From NCBI GenBank assembly GCA_964234715.1, contig OZ174277.1: DNA of 64,000 nucleotides. The stretch is one strand, 5' to 3'. Shown here piece by piece: positions 61,640 through 64,000 of the stretch; position 1 is the first letter of the stretch, and each line of letters opens with the position of its first letter. The notes below the pieces were generated by a model that worked only from the letters and a program-made list of their open reading frames with translations, ran no database searches and was not told where the DNA came from. The position numbers were made by a program, and so were the translations under genes. The stretch comes from Podarcis melisellensis (lineage: Eukaryota).

Positions 61640-62426
61640 AGCATGGCAAAAAAGAAATTGGCCCTCATCCCTCTCCTCCTGCAGGAAGGCATGATTTGCA
61701 GCCCTAATTCCCTACCATTGCATCCAACTGGCCAGCAATACATATCGAAGGGTGGGGTGAGCAAAAAGGATCAAACCTCCTTCTTTAGGCAGATACACAT
61801 GATTTGTCACCCAGGGAATGGGTCACAATCCATCAAGTTTGAAAACTTTGGTGTCAGGAAGGTATTTCAGCTGGCTACCCATGTGGGTCTCCCTGAGTAG
61901 CTAATATGGGCGGAGTGGGGCATTAGAACCATTTCTTCCACATTGATCTTTGTAAATGCATGGATGCGATGCTATTTTAGGAAAGCTGTGTCCAGTTTTG
62001 TGGAACCTATTGTTGTCTAGTTCTTTCTTTCCTTCCCATATGCTCTGCAAGGACATGGGAGGTCTGATTGACTGCTAGGCAAAACAGCTTAGCTAACACT
62101 TGCTATTTTGCCTGAAACTATAGAAAAGGAAGCATGCATATTTTGAATGCATCACTCACATTAGGCCTGTGTTTTTCGTACATCCACAACTATTTATACA
62201 ACACAACACATGTTGCTTGTCACACCTATCTTACTGAGCAGCAGTTTTCACATATAAGCCTGTTAAAACTGTGGGAAAAGTCTAATTCTTCTCCGCACCC
62301 ACACCCCAATGGTACACACCAATGTTAGTCGGCTTAATTTAAAATGCAATGGCATAAAAAAGCCAAGCTGACTATAGACAGCTGCGTCTGAGTTTAAATT
62401 TGCTGAAGTGAAAAAAGGGAACATAC

Positions 62427-62572
62427 CTTTGTCTGCTGCAAGGCTCTCTCAACTTTACTAAAGTCATTCACTGCATTCATGACAGATTGTGCCTTGCTTT
62501 CCAAATCATTCAGCTCACCCTTCAGTTTTTTCAAAGCATCCAAATAGTCCTTAGAAGGCTGGCTTTCCAATT
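62427..62572 (-). CDS. UTRN: UTRN exon (146 nt, DMD exon 22 equivalent)
   Basis: tag|AA TTG GAA...ACA AAG|gtatgt; LESQPSKDYLDALKKLKGELNDLESKAQ...VERALQQTK. Confidence 0.94.
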
Positions 62573-62792
62573 CTACTTTCAAAATAAAAACGTAATGGAT
62601 ATGAATATTATTATTATTTTTTAAAAAAGGCATACAGGGGAATTCAACATTCAGTCAGCAGAAGCATTTCAGTTTGCCCCAAAGAATGATATCCTCTCAC
62701 CTCCCACCAAATACTGTTCTTGGGGCTCTCCAAACCACCAGAGCTGATTTGTAAGGGGAAAGAGCAGCTCACTAGCACACCAGAGTTGTGTT

Positions 62793-63247
62793 GGCTGTGT
62801 TCAGGGGGAAAACCAAGCCAAAAAATCTTGGCTTAAAACACAATATTGTGTGTGAGATGTATGCAGGTGCACACAGTCCAATTTGGCCCACTTTGCTTCT
62901 CTCTTCATGTGACCTGGTTAAAAAAAACCTCAAGAACGGGTTAGTTTAAGATTATGTCTGAATCAGGCATTGTGATTTGTTAGGATTGTGATTTGTTTCT
63001 CCCTAACAAGTTAAGATCACTAGTCAGTCTTAACGGTTTGTTTCTGACGTATGAACCCTAGCTCATTAGGGGAAAACAAGCAACAACCCCAAAACCTGCG
63101 CATAACACTAAACTATCACCTTCATGGTTTATCTGCTTGCATAAAGCGAGGCCACAGCAGGAGTAATTGGGCTGCTTGCACCAGCACATACACCTTATGA
63201 TTAATCAAGTCAGATTCTTGGGTTTATTGCTACATGTGAACATGGCC
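62793..63247. mobile_element. Old palindromic Harbinger-like MITE related to 14587-14922
   Basis: GGCTGTGTTCA...TGTGAACATGGCC termini and similar internal motifs. Confidence 0.5.
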
Positions 63248-63519
63248 ACCATATCATTTTTGCCTTATTTAAAATAAAAGTTCTCCTCTTGACTGCATAT
63301 GTGGGGTTGGCAGAGGTTCATCTAATGGAAATTATGCTGCAAAACAGGACAGAGACCCAACTCCCCTAGAAATGTTGCAAGGAACACTGCCAGTTGTACA
63401 TGGAAGCCACTGAACATTTGGCTGGATGTGCTGTTTAAGTCACATCTATAATTACCACAAGAGTGACTTCGGACATTGATAATCCCTTCTTTTTATGAGG
63501 GAAGGCTAACACATTTGAG

Positions 63520-63870
63520 GATTCTTAGTTTAGAAAAAAAAGGCAATTAAATGGACACATGATATAGGCTTATAAAAATATCCATGCTGTGGAGTAAGAG
63601 ATAGAATTTTCATCTGTCTCTCACAGACTCAAGAGTCATCCAGTTGAATTGACACGAAGCAGATACAGGATATACAAAATAACCTACTTCTCTGCACAAT
63701 GCAAAGTTAATTTATAGAATTCAGTTCACTGCTACAAGATGCTATATCCATAGCTCAGGTGGCTGGGAAATGGCTTTAGGGAAATTCACAGAGAAGTGTT
63801 GCACAAATGGCTATTAGTCATGATAGCTATATAGAATCTCCATGTTCAGAGGCGATAAATACTCAAGAAC
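63520..63870 (+). mobile_element. Old CR1 LINE 3' fragment
   Basis: TTTAGAAAAAA...GAGTCATCCAGTTGAATTG...AAATTCACAGAG, similar to 6440-6870. Confidence 0.65.
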
Positions 63871-64000
63871 TCCATTTGCAAAAGTGGGTTGACCCAGCAG
63901 GGCCCTTATTATTATATATCAAGCATTAATCTTTTTGTTCTAAACCTCAATTGCCCTCCTGAATGTTTCTCTTTTATTCCATCAAATGCTGCAGGCTATA

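Larger units (their letters stand above)
79..62572 (-). other. UTRN: Utrophin gene, internal part: 31 coding exons of the spectrin-repeat rod; gene continues beyond both window ends
   Basis: Spliced exons give one open frame (4,916 nt) with utrophin-specific peptides ([29 protein letters not shown]; [18 protein letters not shown]; [21 protein letters not shown]). Most exon sizes and phases match the DMD exon 22-55 series as recalled. Equivalents of DMD exons 48-50 are replaced by one 85-nt exon, as expected for utrophin. Confidence 0.97.

Noticed and set aside
79-62572. Calling the gene dystrophin (DMD)
   Set aside because: Peptides match utrophin rather than dystrophin as recalled (e.g. [34 protein letters not shown]), and equivalents of DMD exons 41 and 48-50 are missing

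Overview
Vertebrate genomic DNA, most likely a squamate (probably lacertid) lizard, judged from a Sauria-type SINE and its L2/CR1/MITE repertoire. The whole window lies inside the utrophin gene (UTRN) on the minus strand. I resolved 31 phase-compatible coding exons from 62572 down to 79 (4,916 nt, one continuous frame). They encode the central spectrin-repeat rod and correspond to dystrophin (DMD) exons 22-55. Comparisons to human UTRN and DMD are from memory, not a database search. Main oddities: (1) a 153-nt exon (28506-28658) homologous to dystrophin exon 40, the first half of spectrin repeat 15 that mammalian utrophin lacks; (2) a young 3.54-kb Ty1/copia LTR element (58099-61639) antisense in an intron, with ~98% identical LTRs, a half-tRNA-iMet PBS and gag-PR-IN but no RT/RNase H; (3) a ~590-bp miniature DIRS-like element made only of ITRs and an ICR (22651-23243); (4) a Kolobok-like TTAA MITE; (5) a GC-AG intron; (6) a cryptic exon candidate. 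The remaining intronic sequence holds L2/CR1 fragments, a Sauria SINE, Tc/mariner, hAT and Harbinger-like MITEs, a solo LTR and microsatellites. No rRNA, tRNA or CRISPR features were seen.
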